A stretch of 64,000 nucleotides of DNA from Macrostomum lignano (Eukaryota). Made by a program: the position numbers and the translations under genes. The notes beneath the pieces are model-generated. The model was not told the DNA's origin, searched no databases, and saw nothing but the letters and a program-made list of their open reading frames with translations. Location: positions 62,001-126,000 of the forward strand of contig NIVC01000764.1 in NCBI GenBank assembly GCA_002269645.1, given 5' to 3'. Every line of letters starts with the position of its first letter. Position 1 is the stretch's first letter. Of the stretch, positions 35,204 through 46,956 are shown one piece after another.

Positions 35204-37650
35204 TCAAGCATCGCAACCGTCGGCCACTTCAGGCTGCAGCACGGCCAGCAGGCAGCCAACCAGATGCAGACTGCCAGTTGCCAGCACAGCAATAGACCGA
35301 AGATGTCCAGCCATCGCTCTGCATTGAAGCCATTCGACAGCGTCTCGAAGACAAGACAGTTGAACAGTTTCTGTGCCAGCCGGCATCAGACAGGCGAAAG
35401 CGCTTGCATTCTGCTGTGTAGCGGTCTCGGCCGCTTCAGGCGACACCATCAGGTTCACCAGCTCCGGATGGGCGGCCGGTTCAGCGTCCACGAGATTCGG
35501 ACAGAACAGACCGGCCGAAAATTGTAACGGAAACTGTCCACTGCGAGCACCGATCAAGCTCTCAAGCAGCTCATTGGGATTTCTATCCCCAGTTCGATTG
35601 AAAATCAGCACACGCTCATCCACTGCTGGCGAACCGGATGTCAACTTGGAGAACCATTCCCCAGCCAATGGACAGCTTTCAATAGTGTGAGCTCCGTCGA
35701 TATAAAAGGTGATGGTACATTCGGAGCTGTCACCAGTGGGCACCTTCCTGACGATGATGGTGTTCCTGCCCGGCCAGCGGGTGGACGAAATTGCGTCCAC
35801 AAATGCTTCTGGTAGAGCAAATATCGACAGCGTGCGCGGTGCTTCTATGGCGTCACCATCAGTTGATACCGGATCTATGACGTCACCATTAGCTAATACC
35901 GGATCTATGACGTCACCATTAGTTGATACTGGATCTATGACGTCACCATTAGTTGATTTCAGATCTATAACGTCATCATTCGTGGATACTCGATCTATGA
36001 CGTCATTATTCGGCGATACAAGCTGTATAACGTCTCTATTTTTAGAAACTGAATCTGTGACGTCACCATTGGAAGACGTTGGGCTGCTGACGATGCTATC
36101 ATTAGCGGAGGTCCAGCGATTGCGGTCATTATTGGAAAATTGTATGGAATTTTTAGAGAGGTTTTTCAAACTGACGTCATCTTCATTGACAGAGCGGATG
36201 ACGTCACGGATGGAAGGCTCAAATCTATTACCAGCACTGCCAGCCTCATCTGAGTACCGACGAAGCCACAGGCGAGCGAGCTGCAGCGCCAGAGCCGCAT
36301 TCAGCTGTTGGTAGCCGTCAAGGCCCAGACGCTCGAAGCCGGCGAAGGCCGTCAGGCGAGGCGACACCCGGATGGGGCAGCCGGCAGCCGCGGCCGCCCT
36401 GGCCAGCACCGGCAGACACTCGGCCGGCTGTTCGGGCGAGGTAACGCCAATGCAGCCCGGCTTCAGGATGCCCGCCTGCGGATTGATGAGTTTAAATGCC
36501 ATTAGGAACTCACTTAGCTTAGTAATATTCGGCAATTTCATTATTAGAGCCAGGGGCTGTGAGCACCCGGCCTGGCGCACTTTAAGCGACATTGTCACAC
36601 AACCGGCGAGAGGCATTACTGTCCATGCTGCCGACTCCCCCGAGCAAGCACACACTCACACAGGTGTACATCGGCCCTAACTTTATTAATCGTTAGGCAT
36701 GTACACTGCACTGTGTCTGGCGGGTTGGCCCTCAAGAACGAGAATCGTGCAAGCTTTTGTTAGCTCCTACTCTAGAGCAAGAGCCAAACCCCAAGGCACA
36801 GACAGTTCACATGCTGGACGATTAGAAAGTCAAGGACACTGTGCACCCTGTGTGAGTTGCGTTTCTATGTACAGTATTGGCGCGCTTTTGTGTGCGCAGG
36901 TGTCAGCGGAATGGACGGAACCGCTGTCACCGCTGGCTGTGGAACGATGTCGCCGAAGGCGTTGCATCAGTGTGCCCGCAGCCCTCCTGCAACTGTTATT
37001 ATTATTAAGCCCACCTTGTGCCAGGCAATTTTATCGAGCGTGCCGCCCAGCAGCGCCGTGTGGTCGTGTCCCAGCGACGCAATGCCGCACACCCACGGCT
37101 CCTTGATGAAGTTCGTGCTGTCGTAGCGCCCACCGATGCCAACCTCCACGATGGCGACGTCCACCGCCTGTTCGACAAACAGTCGCAGCGCCATGAAGGT
37201 GAGAAACCGGAAGTACCTCGGGAACTCAAAGCCGGAAGTGGCCGCCGTGGCAGCCGTCAGATCGTCGTGTAGCCGCCAGAACTGTTCCGCGAACTCCGAC
37301 CGCGAGATCGGCCGGCCGTCAAGCCGGATTCGCTCGCGCACCTCTACCAGGTGTGGCGACGTGAATAGGCCGGTTCGGAGGCCGCAGGCGCGCAGCAGCC
37401 GCTCAGTGTACGCGGCCGTGCTGCCCTTGCCTTTGGTGCCGGCGATGTGCACCGGCCTGAGCCCGGCCAGTGCAGTCTGGTGCAGCCCCACCCGAGCGGC
37501 CAGGTCCGCCAGTTGGGCCATTTCCAAGGACCTGTCCTGGCCGCCGGGTCTCTGTCGGGCGGCCCGACAGTTGGGCCCAGACTGCAGCTGGTTCAGAGCG
37601 GCGATGGCCGAAGCGTAGGAAACTTTGGAGGAGTCTGCGCTCCTCATCAT
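35204..37650 (-). CDS. FPGS: Folylpolyglutamate synthase, 2 exons, about 635 aa
   Basis: Exons 37650-37015 and 36475-35204 (IAWHK|AGILKP, phase 0). Motifs: HIAGTKGKGST P-loop, FTSPHLVEVRERIR, EVGIGGRYDSTN, SLGHDHT, WPGR, IDGAHT, LATGSLHLVG. Confidence 0.95.
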
Positions 37651-37959
37651 TAGGACTGGCTGGTCTGCAACTGCAGTTGAGTGTGTGCTGATTTGCTTAT
37701 TTGATATGCCTTATACGGTTCATTCAATAGAAAGTTGTCTAATATAATAAACTGCCAGGCAAAGGTGGGCTGAGATAAGATAAGAAGTAGCGCAAATTAC
37801 ACAACACCTGTAGTTAGTAGAACTAACCCAATATTATCAGTTTGAGAATATTACCATAAAACCACTGAATGAATCGTCCAAGCCATAGTAAAAGTGGTGG
37901 GTTTCACGAGAACAAAATTCAGCATTGGTTTAAATACCTTACTAATCATTTAGCTAAGC

Positions 37960-38230
37960 AGGCCCAATCTAACTCAGCCAATAAGAGAGCAGTAAGGAGA
38001 GCGGTCCAAGTCAGACGTAAGAAAGTCAGTCTAGGGGACAGGCCCCAAGCTAGCTCAGCCAATAAGAGAGCAGTAAGGAGAGCGGTCCAAGTCAGACGTG
38101 AGAAAGTCAGTCTAGGGGACAGGCCCCAATCTAGCTCAGCCAATAAGAAAGCAGTAAGGAGAGAGGTTAAAGTTGGACGGACGAAAGTCGGCCTAGGGGG
38201 GGGGGGCAGGCCCAATCTGGCTCAGTTAAT
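37960..38230. repeat. 81-bp repeat, about 3 copies, each with AGCCAATAAG
   Basis: CTCAGCCAATAAG occurs at 37973, 38054 and 38135. Confidence 0.85.
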
Positions 38231-38629
38231 TAGAGAGCAGGGCAGTAAGGACTGAGTTCAAAGTCTAACTGTTTCTGCCCCGATTCTAAAACTCCTAAAG
38301 GCCATTAGGATGCTACTAATACAGGCCATTAGGGTGCTAATACAGGTCATTAGGATGCTAATACAGGTAATTAGGATGCTAATACAGGTCATTAGGATGA
38401 TGAAACAGGCCATTAAGATGGTCAAAGGTAATTAGAGCATTTAGCTGGACAATTCTCATCAAAACACCTCATCGAAAGAAACAATAAATCAAGAAGCTTA
38501 AATTTCTTCACAATTCACACCTCATTATATTTACCGGCATCAGATAGAAGAAAACCAAAATTAATTTTTAAACAATAAAAAGTGATAGTTCGGTTATCAT
38601 TATATTATAATTATTATCCTAGAACTTCA

Positions 38630-39139
38630 TTAGCCAGGCGGCCAGCCCATCTGCCTGCCGCCCATGACGTGCACGTGCAGGTGGAAGACGCTCTGGGCGC
38701 CGTCGCTACCATTGTTAATCACCAGCCTGTAGCCATTGCTCAGACCCTGCTCGGCGGCCACTCTGCGAGCCGTTAGAATCAGATGGCCTAGAAGGGATTC
38801 GTCGTCATCTTTGGCGAATTCTAGCATAGGGATTTGCACTTTAGGAATCACCAGGAAGTGCACCGGAGCCTGCGGATTAACGTCCGAGAAGGCTAGAGCT
38901 CGATCGTCTTCGAATAGCACTTTGGCTGGGATTTCCTTGCTGATGATCTTGTTGAATATGGTCGGCTTGTTCAGGTCGCCGTGGGCCGCCTCGGCTGCCG
39001 CTCGGGCCTTGGCCACTTCGTCTGACATTTCTCTGCTGTAAGCGGCTGGTCTGGCTGCTGCCGCTGCTGCTTCTAAAAGACGATGCGACGACTTTGGCCA
39101 ACGACTTGCTAAAGCTGCTAGGTTGCGGAACGACAACAT
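38630..39139 (-). CDS. HINT: Histidine triad nucleotide-binding protein (HINT1/HINT2-like) with an N-terminal presequence-like extension
   Basis: [50 protein letters not shown], the HIT motif HLHVHVMGG and the C-terminus RQMGWPPG; intronless. Confidence 0.96.
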   Translation of the reverse strand: MLSFRNLAALASRWPKSSHRLLEAAAAAARPAAYSREMSDEVAKARAAAEAAHGDLNKPTIFNKIISKEIPAKVLFEDDRALAFSDVNPQAPVHFLVIPKVQIPMLEFAKDDDESLLGHLILTARRVAAEQGLSNGYRLVINNGSDGAQSVFHLHVHVMGGRQMGWPPG

Positions 39140-39189
39140 GCAAAATAGGGTGGCGAGAAGGAGGACTTATGCTAAAATCTATATATCTA

Positions 39190-40670
39190 CAATCAAATCT
39201 ACAGTTCTTGGCTGTCAAATCTACAGTCAGTGGCTGTCAAATATACAGTGACTATCAAATCTACAGTGACTGTCAAATCTACAGTTCTTGGCTGTGTCAA
39301 ATCTACAGTCAGTGGCTGTCAAATCTACAGTGACTGTCAAATCTACAGTGACTATCAAATCTACAGTGACTGTCAAATCTACAGTGACTGTCAAATCTAC
39401 AGTGACTGTCGAATCTACAGTGACTGTCAAATCTACAGTGACTGTCAAATCTACAGTGACTGTCAAATCTACAGTCATTGGCTGTCAAATCTACAGTGAC
39501 TATCAAATCTACAGTGACTGTCAAATCTACAGTGACTATCAAATCTACAGTGACTGTCAAATCTACAATGACTGTCAAATCTACAGTGACTATCAAATCT
39601 ACAGTGACTGTCAAATCTACAGTGACTATCAAATCTACAGTGACTGTCAAATCTACAGTGACTGTCAAATCTACAGTCATTGGCTGTCAAATCTACAGTG
39701 ACTGTCAAATCTACAGTGACTGTCAAATCTACAGTGACTATCAAATCTACAGTGACTGTCAAATCTACAGTGACTATCAAATCTACAGTGACTGTCAAAT
39801 CTACAGTGACTGTCAAATCTACAGTGACTGTCAAATCTACAGTGACTGTCAAATCTACAGTGACTGTCAAATCTACAGTGACTGTCAAATCTACAGTGAC
39901 TGTCAAATCTACAGTCATTGGCTGTCAAATCTACAGTGACTATCAAATCTACAGTGACTGTCAAATCTACAGTGACTATCAAATCTACAGTGACTGTCAA
40001 ATCTACAATGACTGTCAAATCTACAGTGACTGTCAAATCTACAGTGACTGTCAAATCTACAGTGACTGTCAAATCTACAGTGACTGTCAAATCTACAGTC
40101 ATTGGCTGTCAAATCTACAGTGACTATCAAATCTACAGTGACTGTCAAATCTACAGTGACTATCAAATCTACAGTGACTGTCAAATCTACAATGACTGTC
40201 AAATCTACAGTGACTGTCAAATCTACAGTGACTGTCAAATCTACAGTGACTGTCAAATCTACAGTGACTGTCAAATCTACAGTCATTGGCTGTCAAATCT
40301 ACAGTGACTATCAAATCTACAGTGACTGTCAAATCTACAGTGACTGTCAAATCTACAATGACTGTCAAATCTACAGTGACTGTCAAATCTACAGTCATTG
40401 GCTGTCAAATCTACAGTGACTATCAAATCTACAGTGACTGTCAAATCTACAGTGACTATCAAATCTACAGTGACCGTCAAATCTACAGTGACTGTCAAAT
40501 CTACAGTGACTGTCAAATCTACAATGACTGTCAAATCTACAGTGACTGTCAAATCTACAGTGACTGTCAAATCTACAGTGACTGTCAAATCTACAATTAT
40601 TGGCTGTCAAATCTACAATTATTGGCTGTCAAATCTACAATTATTGGCTGTCAAATCTACACCCTTGGCA
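39190..40670. repeat. 18-bp satellite (GTCAAATCTACAGTGACT), about 80 copies
   Basis: Directly visible, with periodic CAGTCATTGGCT interruptions. Confidence 0.97.
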
Positions 40671-41260
40671 GTCAAAGCTGCAGATTGACTATAACATCTG
40701 CAGTCTAACCTGGACTTATCACAATGGCAGACGAACTAGTTGGTAAAAGCTGAGCACAGAGATTAAAATAAAAACAGAGAAGACAAAAATTATGGAATAA
40801 AAAAAATCTGAATTATTATATTAAGATACGAAAAAGTACAAAATCATTACATAATAGCGAACCAAAAGTTACAAAACGTTGAACCAAGTTTTAAAAATTG
40901 TATAAATAGAAGAATTAGCAACATTGATAAAAACTAATTAAAAAACTTGCATGCACTTTTAATAGAAAAAGTATTTTCATTGTGTAATTGGAAAAAATCA
41001 ATTTAAGCTTACAAATATACAGTAACGGAATTAAAACACTATTAACAGAAATGCGTAATGTAAAGATACCCCGATGACAACGGTACCCAGGCCAAGAAGC
41101 GCCCCATAGTCGCTTCAGGTAAAACAGGTAAGTAAAATAGAAAAAAGTGGCTCTAGACGACTTTAAACCAACGAGATATCAATGAGCCAGACTCTAATCT
41201 AAATGATTTTGCTTTTATATCCAACCCCAGTGAGTCAATGACGCCAGCTCAGAGCAGGTT

Positions 41261-44200
41261 TCAATCCAACTCAGTCTCGGCCTTAGCCACCCAGGCCGCA
41301 ATACTCTGCCTCGATGTCAGAAGCTGCTTAAATCCCCGAGGCAAACACTTGCACGCAGTCAAGTTGAGTTTAGTTAGCGAGCCGGAGGACGAAGCGATCA
41401 ACCTGCGCAAGGTGTGGTTTAAGGCGACTGTTATTCTCATGGACATTCTTTAAGAAACAAAGATTCTCATGGACATTTCTTGAGGAAGAAGATTCCCATG
41501 GACATTTCTTGAGGAAGAAGATTCCCATGGACATTTCTTGAGGAAGAAGATTCCCATGGACATTTCTTGAAGAAGAAGATTCCCATGGACATTTCTTGAG
41601 GAAGAAGATTCCCATGGACATTTCTTGAAGAAGAAGATTCCCATGGACATTTCTTGAGAAACAAAGATTCCCATGGACATTTCTTGAGGAAGAAGATTCT
41701 TATGGACATTTCTTGAGAAACAAAGATTCCCATGGACATTTCTTGAGGAAGAAGATTCTCATGGACATTTCTTGAGGAAGAAGATTCCCATGGACATTTA
41801 TTGAGAAAGAAGATTCTCATGGACATTGCAATTAATGCTGCAAATCTAGAATGGGGGGGGGCTAGACTAAAGCCTAAATTAAGAATGAGCAGCAAATAAG
41901 CATGCATGAGGAAATGCATTCACACCTGACAGCTGGCAGCAGGACCCCTGTCCCAGTGAGATTAAGCTCGTTAAGGCTGGGCAGCGAAGCCAGAGCCGCC
42001 GCAAGCCGGTCGCCACCGCCGGGCAAGCTGAAAATCGAACTGGCAGTGAAATCAGCTTCATCAAGCAGAGGCAGCTGGCCAGACTCCATTAGCAACAATA
42101 GCGGAGCCAGCGTGTCAGCTTCATCAGCATTAGTGCAATGAGATACTGCAAGACGTCGTAGGCCTTTAAATCCTTGAATCGATGATTTTTCACCGGTGTC
42201 ATCGACTTCGGCTTGCAAAGCCGACGACAAATCGTCCACTAGATCGAAGTCGGTGGCCACGATACTCAGGCTGGAGAGACTGGGCAGAGCAGCTGAGCTC
42301 ACAGTGAGGCGGAATGGGCTGGGCAACTCCTGACGATAATTGAGTTCGATTGATAATCTCGATCAGAATTTCGATTGGGGATCTTGCTAATTACAGATTG
42401 GGGATCTGGCTAATTACAGATTGGGGATCTGGCTAATTACAGATTGGGAATCTGGCTCATTACAGATTGGGGATCTGGCTAATTACAGATTGGGAATCTG
42501 GCTCATTACAGATTGGGGATCTGGCTAATTACAGATTGGGGATCTGGCTAATTACAGATTGGGAATCTGGCTCATTACAGATTGGGGATCTGGCTCATTA
42601 CAGATTGGGGATCTGGCTCAATACAGATTGGGGATCTGGCTCATTACAGATTGGGGATCTGGCTCATTACAGATTGGGGATCTGGCTCATTACAGATTGG
42701 GGATCTGGCTCATTACAGATTGGGGATCTGGCTCATCTGGACTATACCAACACACCTGCACCAAGAGATGCCGTAACTGACTCAGCCGACAGTCGGGCCA
42801 CACAAACGGCAGTCCGCCAGCCAGCGGCAGATTCGCTAATTCAAGCTGACGCAAATTCGGTGCACTGGCCGCCAGAGCGGAGACGTCCAGGGCGGAGTCT
42901 CGCAGGCTGCTGGAGCGCAAGTTGGCGAGTCGCAGACGATGAAGCCGAGACAGCGCACCGGGCTTAGCGGTCAGGCCGCTTAGTAACAAGCCGAAACCGA
43001 CTATTTCACCTTCCAACGAATCGATTGACAGGTCGACAAGGCTGTCAGAGTGACGCTGAAGCAGCTGGGTGAACAGTTGGCCGTGCGCCAGTCGATGAGG
43101 CAGGCGGCGCAGGGACAGCCGGCTGAGGCGGCGGCAGCGGTCAGACAGGCAGGTGAGTGTGCGACCCGACAGGTGGTCCGAACCGGCGAGAGACACCTGG
43201 CGGGTTGCGGCATTGTCATTGGATTGTCATTGGTCAGACTGGGGCGAGTTTCCCACGGTGGTTGAGGGCGATTCTTGCGGGTTGAGGCGATTCTTGAGGG
43301 TTCGGGGCGATTCTTGAGGGTTGGGGGCGCTTTTTGAGGGTTGGGGCGATTCTAAAGGGTTGGGAGCGATTTTAAAGGGTTTAGGGCGATTCGTGAGGGT
43401 TGGGGTGATTCTTGAGGATTGGGGGCGATTCTTGAGGGTTGGGGCGATTCTTGAGGGTTGGGAGCGATTCTTGAGGGTTGGGAGCGATTCTTGAGGGTTG
43501 GGAGCGATTCTTGAGGGTTGGGAGCGATTCTTGAGGGTTGGGAGCGATTCTTGAGGGTTGGGAGCGATTCTTGAGGGTTGGGAGCGCTTTTTGAGGGTTG
43601 GGAGCGCTTTTTGAGGGTTGGGAGCGATTCTAAAGGGTTTGGGACGATTCTTGAGGGTTAGAGGCGATTCGTGAGGGTTGGGAGCGATTCGTGAGGGTTG
43701 GGGTGATTCTTGAGGATTGGGGCCATTCTTGAGGATTGGGAACGATTCTTGAGGGTTGGGAGCGATTCTGAAGGGTTTGAGGCGATTTTTGAGGGTTAGG
43801 GGCGCCTTTTGAGGGTTGGGAGCGATTCTTGAGGGTTGGGGGCGCTTTTTGAGGGTTGGGAGCGATTCTAAAGGGTTTGGGACGATTCTTGAGGGTTGGA
43901 GGCGATTCGTGAGGGTTGGGGGCGATTCGTGAGGGTTGGGGTGATTCTTGAGGATTGGGGGCGATTCTTGAGGATTGGGAACGATTCTTGAGGGTTGTGA
44001 GCGATTCTGAAGGGTTTAAGGCGATTCTTGAGGGTTAGGGGCGCCTTTTGAGGGTTGGGAGCGATTCTTGAGGGTTGGGGGCGCTTTTCGAGGGTCGGGA
44101 GCGATTCTAAAGGGTTTGGGACGATTCTTGAGGGTTGAAGGCGATTCGTGAGGGTTGGGAGCGGTTCGTGAGGGTTGGGGTGATTCTTGAGGATTGGGGG

Positions 44201-46708
44201 CGATTCTTGAGGATTGGGAACGATTCTTGAAGGTTGGGAGCGATTCTGAAGGGTTTGAGGCGATTCTTGAGGGTTGGGGGCGCCTTTCGAGGGTTGGGAG
44301 CGATTCTTGAGGGTTGGGAGCGATTCTTGAGGGTTGGGAGCGATTCTTGAGGGTTGGGAGCGATTCTTGAGGGTTGGGAGCGATTCTTGAGGGTTGGGAG
44401 CGATTCTTGAGGGTTGGGAGCGCTTTTTGAGGGTTGGGAGCGCTTTTTGAGGGTTGGGAGCGATTCTAAAGGGTTTGGGACGATTCTTGAGGGTTAGAGG
44501 CGATTCGTGAGGGTTGGGAGCGATTCGTGAGGGTTGGGGTGATTCTTGAGGATTGGGGGCCATTCTTGAGGATTGGGAACGATTCTTGAGGGTTGGGAGC
44601 GATTCTGAAGGGTTTGAGGCGATTTTTGAGGGTTAGGGGCGCCTTTTGAGGGTTGGGAGCGATTCTTGAGGGTTGGGGGCGCTTTTTGAGGGTTGGGAGC
44701 GATTCTAAAGGGTTTGGGACGATTCTTGAGGGTTGGAGGCGATTCGTGAGGGTTGGGGGCGATTCGTGAGGGTTGGGGTGATTCTTGAGGATTGGGGGCG
44801 ATTCTTGAGGATTGGGAACGATTCTTGAGGGTTGTGAGCGATTCTGAAGGGTTTAAGGCGATTCTTGAGGGTTAGGGGCGCCTTTTGAGGGTTGGGAGCG
44901 ATTCTTGAGGGTTGGGGGCGCTTTTCGAGGGTCGGGAGCGATTCTAAAGGGTTTGGGACGATTCTTGAGGGTTGAAGGCGATTCGTGAGGGTTGGGAGCG
45001 GTTCGTGAGGGTTGGGGTGATTCTTGAGGATTGGGGGCGATTCTTGAGGATTGGGAACGATTCTTGAAGGTTGGGAGCGATTCTGAAGGGTTTGAGGCGA
45101 TTCTTGAGGGTTGGGGGCGCCTTTCGAGGGTTGGGAGCGATTCTTGAGGGTTGGGGGCGCTTTTTGAGGGTTGGAGCGATTCTAAAGGGTTGGGAGCGAT
45201 TTTAAAGGGTTTGGGGCGATTCGTGAGGGTTGGGCTGATTCTTGAGGATTGGGGGCGATTCTTGACGGTTGGGGCGATTCTTGACGGTTGGGGCGATTCT
45301 TGGGGATTGGGGGCGATTCTTGGGGATTGGGGGTGATTCCTGAGGGTTCGGGCGATTATTGAGGACTGTGGGCGATTCTTGAGGATTGAAATGATTCTAA
45401 GGGTTAGGGGCGATTCGTGAGGGTTGGGCTGACGGATAAAGAACTGTTTAAACTACAGAGTGACTTAAAAATGATTCACCTCGCTCAAAGTGTCTCGATA
45501 CTTGTCGCAAATAGCTTCGACATCTTTATCCCTCAGTGTTTTCCAGTTCTCCAAATTGATGGAGCTCAGAGCCGGGAACCTGGGCAGTGCCATTGAGTGC
45601 AGCTGAGCTGTGCTTAACTTCCGATTCAAACGAGAGAAATCGGCATTGCGCCACAGAGCAGTCGAATAGCAGCGAGGCGATTCGACGGTAATAAAATGAC
45701 GCAATCGTTGGCACACCTGAGACAGGCTGGCTGCCAGGCTGAGCATGCCGGTCTGGGAGGCGGCGAATTCGACTATTCGAAGCAGAACGTCGGTTGGCAA
45801 AGTGTCCAAGCTGACTGAGCGAAAACCGGCGTTATTGTCGGCTGGGTCGGCGGCGACTGCTGACTTTCTAGTTCTATGGTTGAATGTTGAATATGGATTG
45901 TTATAAGATTAAGCTATAGGGATTTTAAGATTAAGCTATAGGGATTTTAAGATTAAGCTATATGGATTTTAAGATGAAGCTATAGGGATTTTAAGATTAA
46001 GCTATAGGGATTTTAAGATTATGCTATAGGGATTTTAAGATGAAGCTTTGGGGATTTTAAGATTAAGCTATAGGGATTTTAAGATGAAGCTTTGGAGATT
46101 TTAAGATGAAGCTTTGGGGATTTTAAGATGGAGCTTTGAGGAATATAAGATAGAGCTTTGAGGAATATAAGATAGAGCTTTGAGGAATATAAGATAGAGC
46201 TTTGGGGAATATAAGATAGAGCTTTGGGGAATATAAGATAGAGCTTTGGGGAATATAAGATAGAGCTTTGGGGAATATAAGGTGGTGCTTTGAGAATTTA
46301 AAATGGAGCTTTGGCGATTTTAAGGAAGAGTTTTGGGGATTTTAAGATAAAGCTTTGGAATTTTAAAGGAACTTCCCCGGACAACATTGAAAATAATTTC
46401 AAACTAATTAAAGCTCTGAAAGCTTAAAGAACTCACAGTCTTCTGTCGGAGGCCTTTGACTTTGAAACTCTCTTTGCAGTAGAAGTTTTTCTTCGCTTTT
46501 TAGCAGCAGCAGCGGCAGCAGCCCGCTTAATCCTAGCCAGCTTAGCAACTGGTGATCGAAGCTCCTCAGAGTCGGGAGAAAAATCTGGATCCAGATCCAA
46601 GTCATCGTCGCTGCTGCTGCTGTCGACGCCAGTTGAGCGCCTGCCCGGCTCATCGCAACGCCGCTTGCGACCGATGCCGCGCATCATGGAAGACATCAGA
46701 CGGTTCAT
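41261..46708 (-). CDS. FBXL6: F-box/LRR protein, FBXL6-like, 5 exons, about 548 aa
   Basis: Exons 46708-46437, 45867-45480, 43196-42756, 42329-41926 and 41402-41261 have phase-consistent GT-AG junctions. F-box LDTLPTDVLLRIVEF...VCQRLR...LWRNADF; LRRs; C-terminal LNLTACKCLPRGFK resembles the FBXL6 CRCLPRGLK end. Confidence 0.8.
41455..41825. repeat. 29-bp minisatellite in FBXL6 intron 4
   Basis: ATTCCCATGGACATTTCTTGAGGAAGAAG tandem copies. Confidence 0.92.
42375..42740. repeat. 23-bp minisatellite in FBXL6 intron 3
   Basis: CAGATTGGGGATCTGGCTCATTA tandem copies fill nearly the whole intron. Confidence 0.92.
43260..45430. repeat. 19/20-bp minisatellite (GGGAGCGATTCTTGAGGGTT) with a ~837-bp higher-order duplication in FBXL6 intron 2
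   Basis: Rare variants (TAAAGGGTTT, GGCCATTCTT) recur in the same order about 837 bp apart. Confidence 0.93.
45905..46370. repeat. 22-bp minisatellite in FBXL6 intron 1
   Basis: TTTTAAGATTAAGCTATAGGGA grading into variants. Confidence 0.9.
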
Positions 46709-46956
46709 GGCGATGCTGCAATTTGGCCGATATCTGGCTCTCTAATCTCTCAGACTCAGACTGCAAATATGAGTTGAGACTAGCTCAATATATATAGCCA
46801 TGCATTAGCTGCATATTCTATTGCATAATAACTGCAATAATGGTGAAATTTGGTTACCAAGACAACCATGAAAACAAGTTAATCTGGATTGCACAATATT
46901 ACACACTAGTTGTGCCTAAAAATAGAACCCAAAAGTATTAAAACTTGCTTAGTTAA

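Noticed and set aside
34090-35295. 300-370-aa ORFs on both strands
   Set aside because: Products of the 30-bp array; open in nearly all frames.
39227-40708. TVDL/DCQIYS/CRFDSH repeat ORFs
   Set aside because: Translations of the 18-bp satellite.
43868-44563. 231-aa PNPQES-repeat ORF
   Set aside because: Intronic minisatellite; the FBXL6 exons splice around it in phase.
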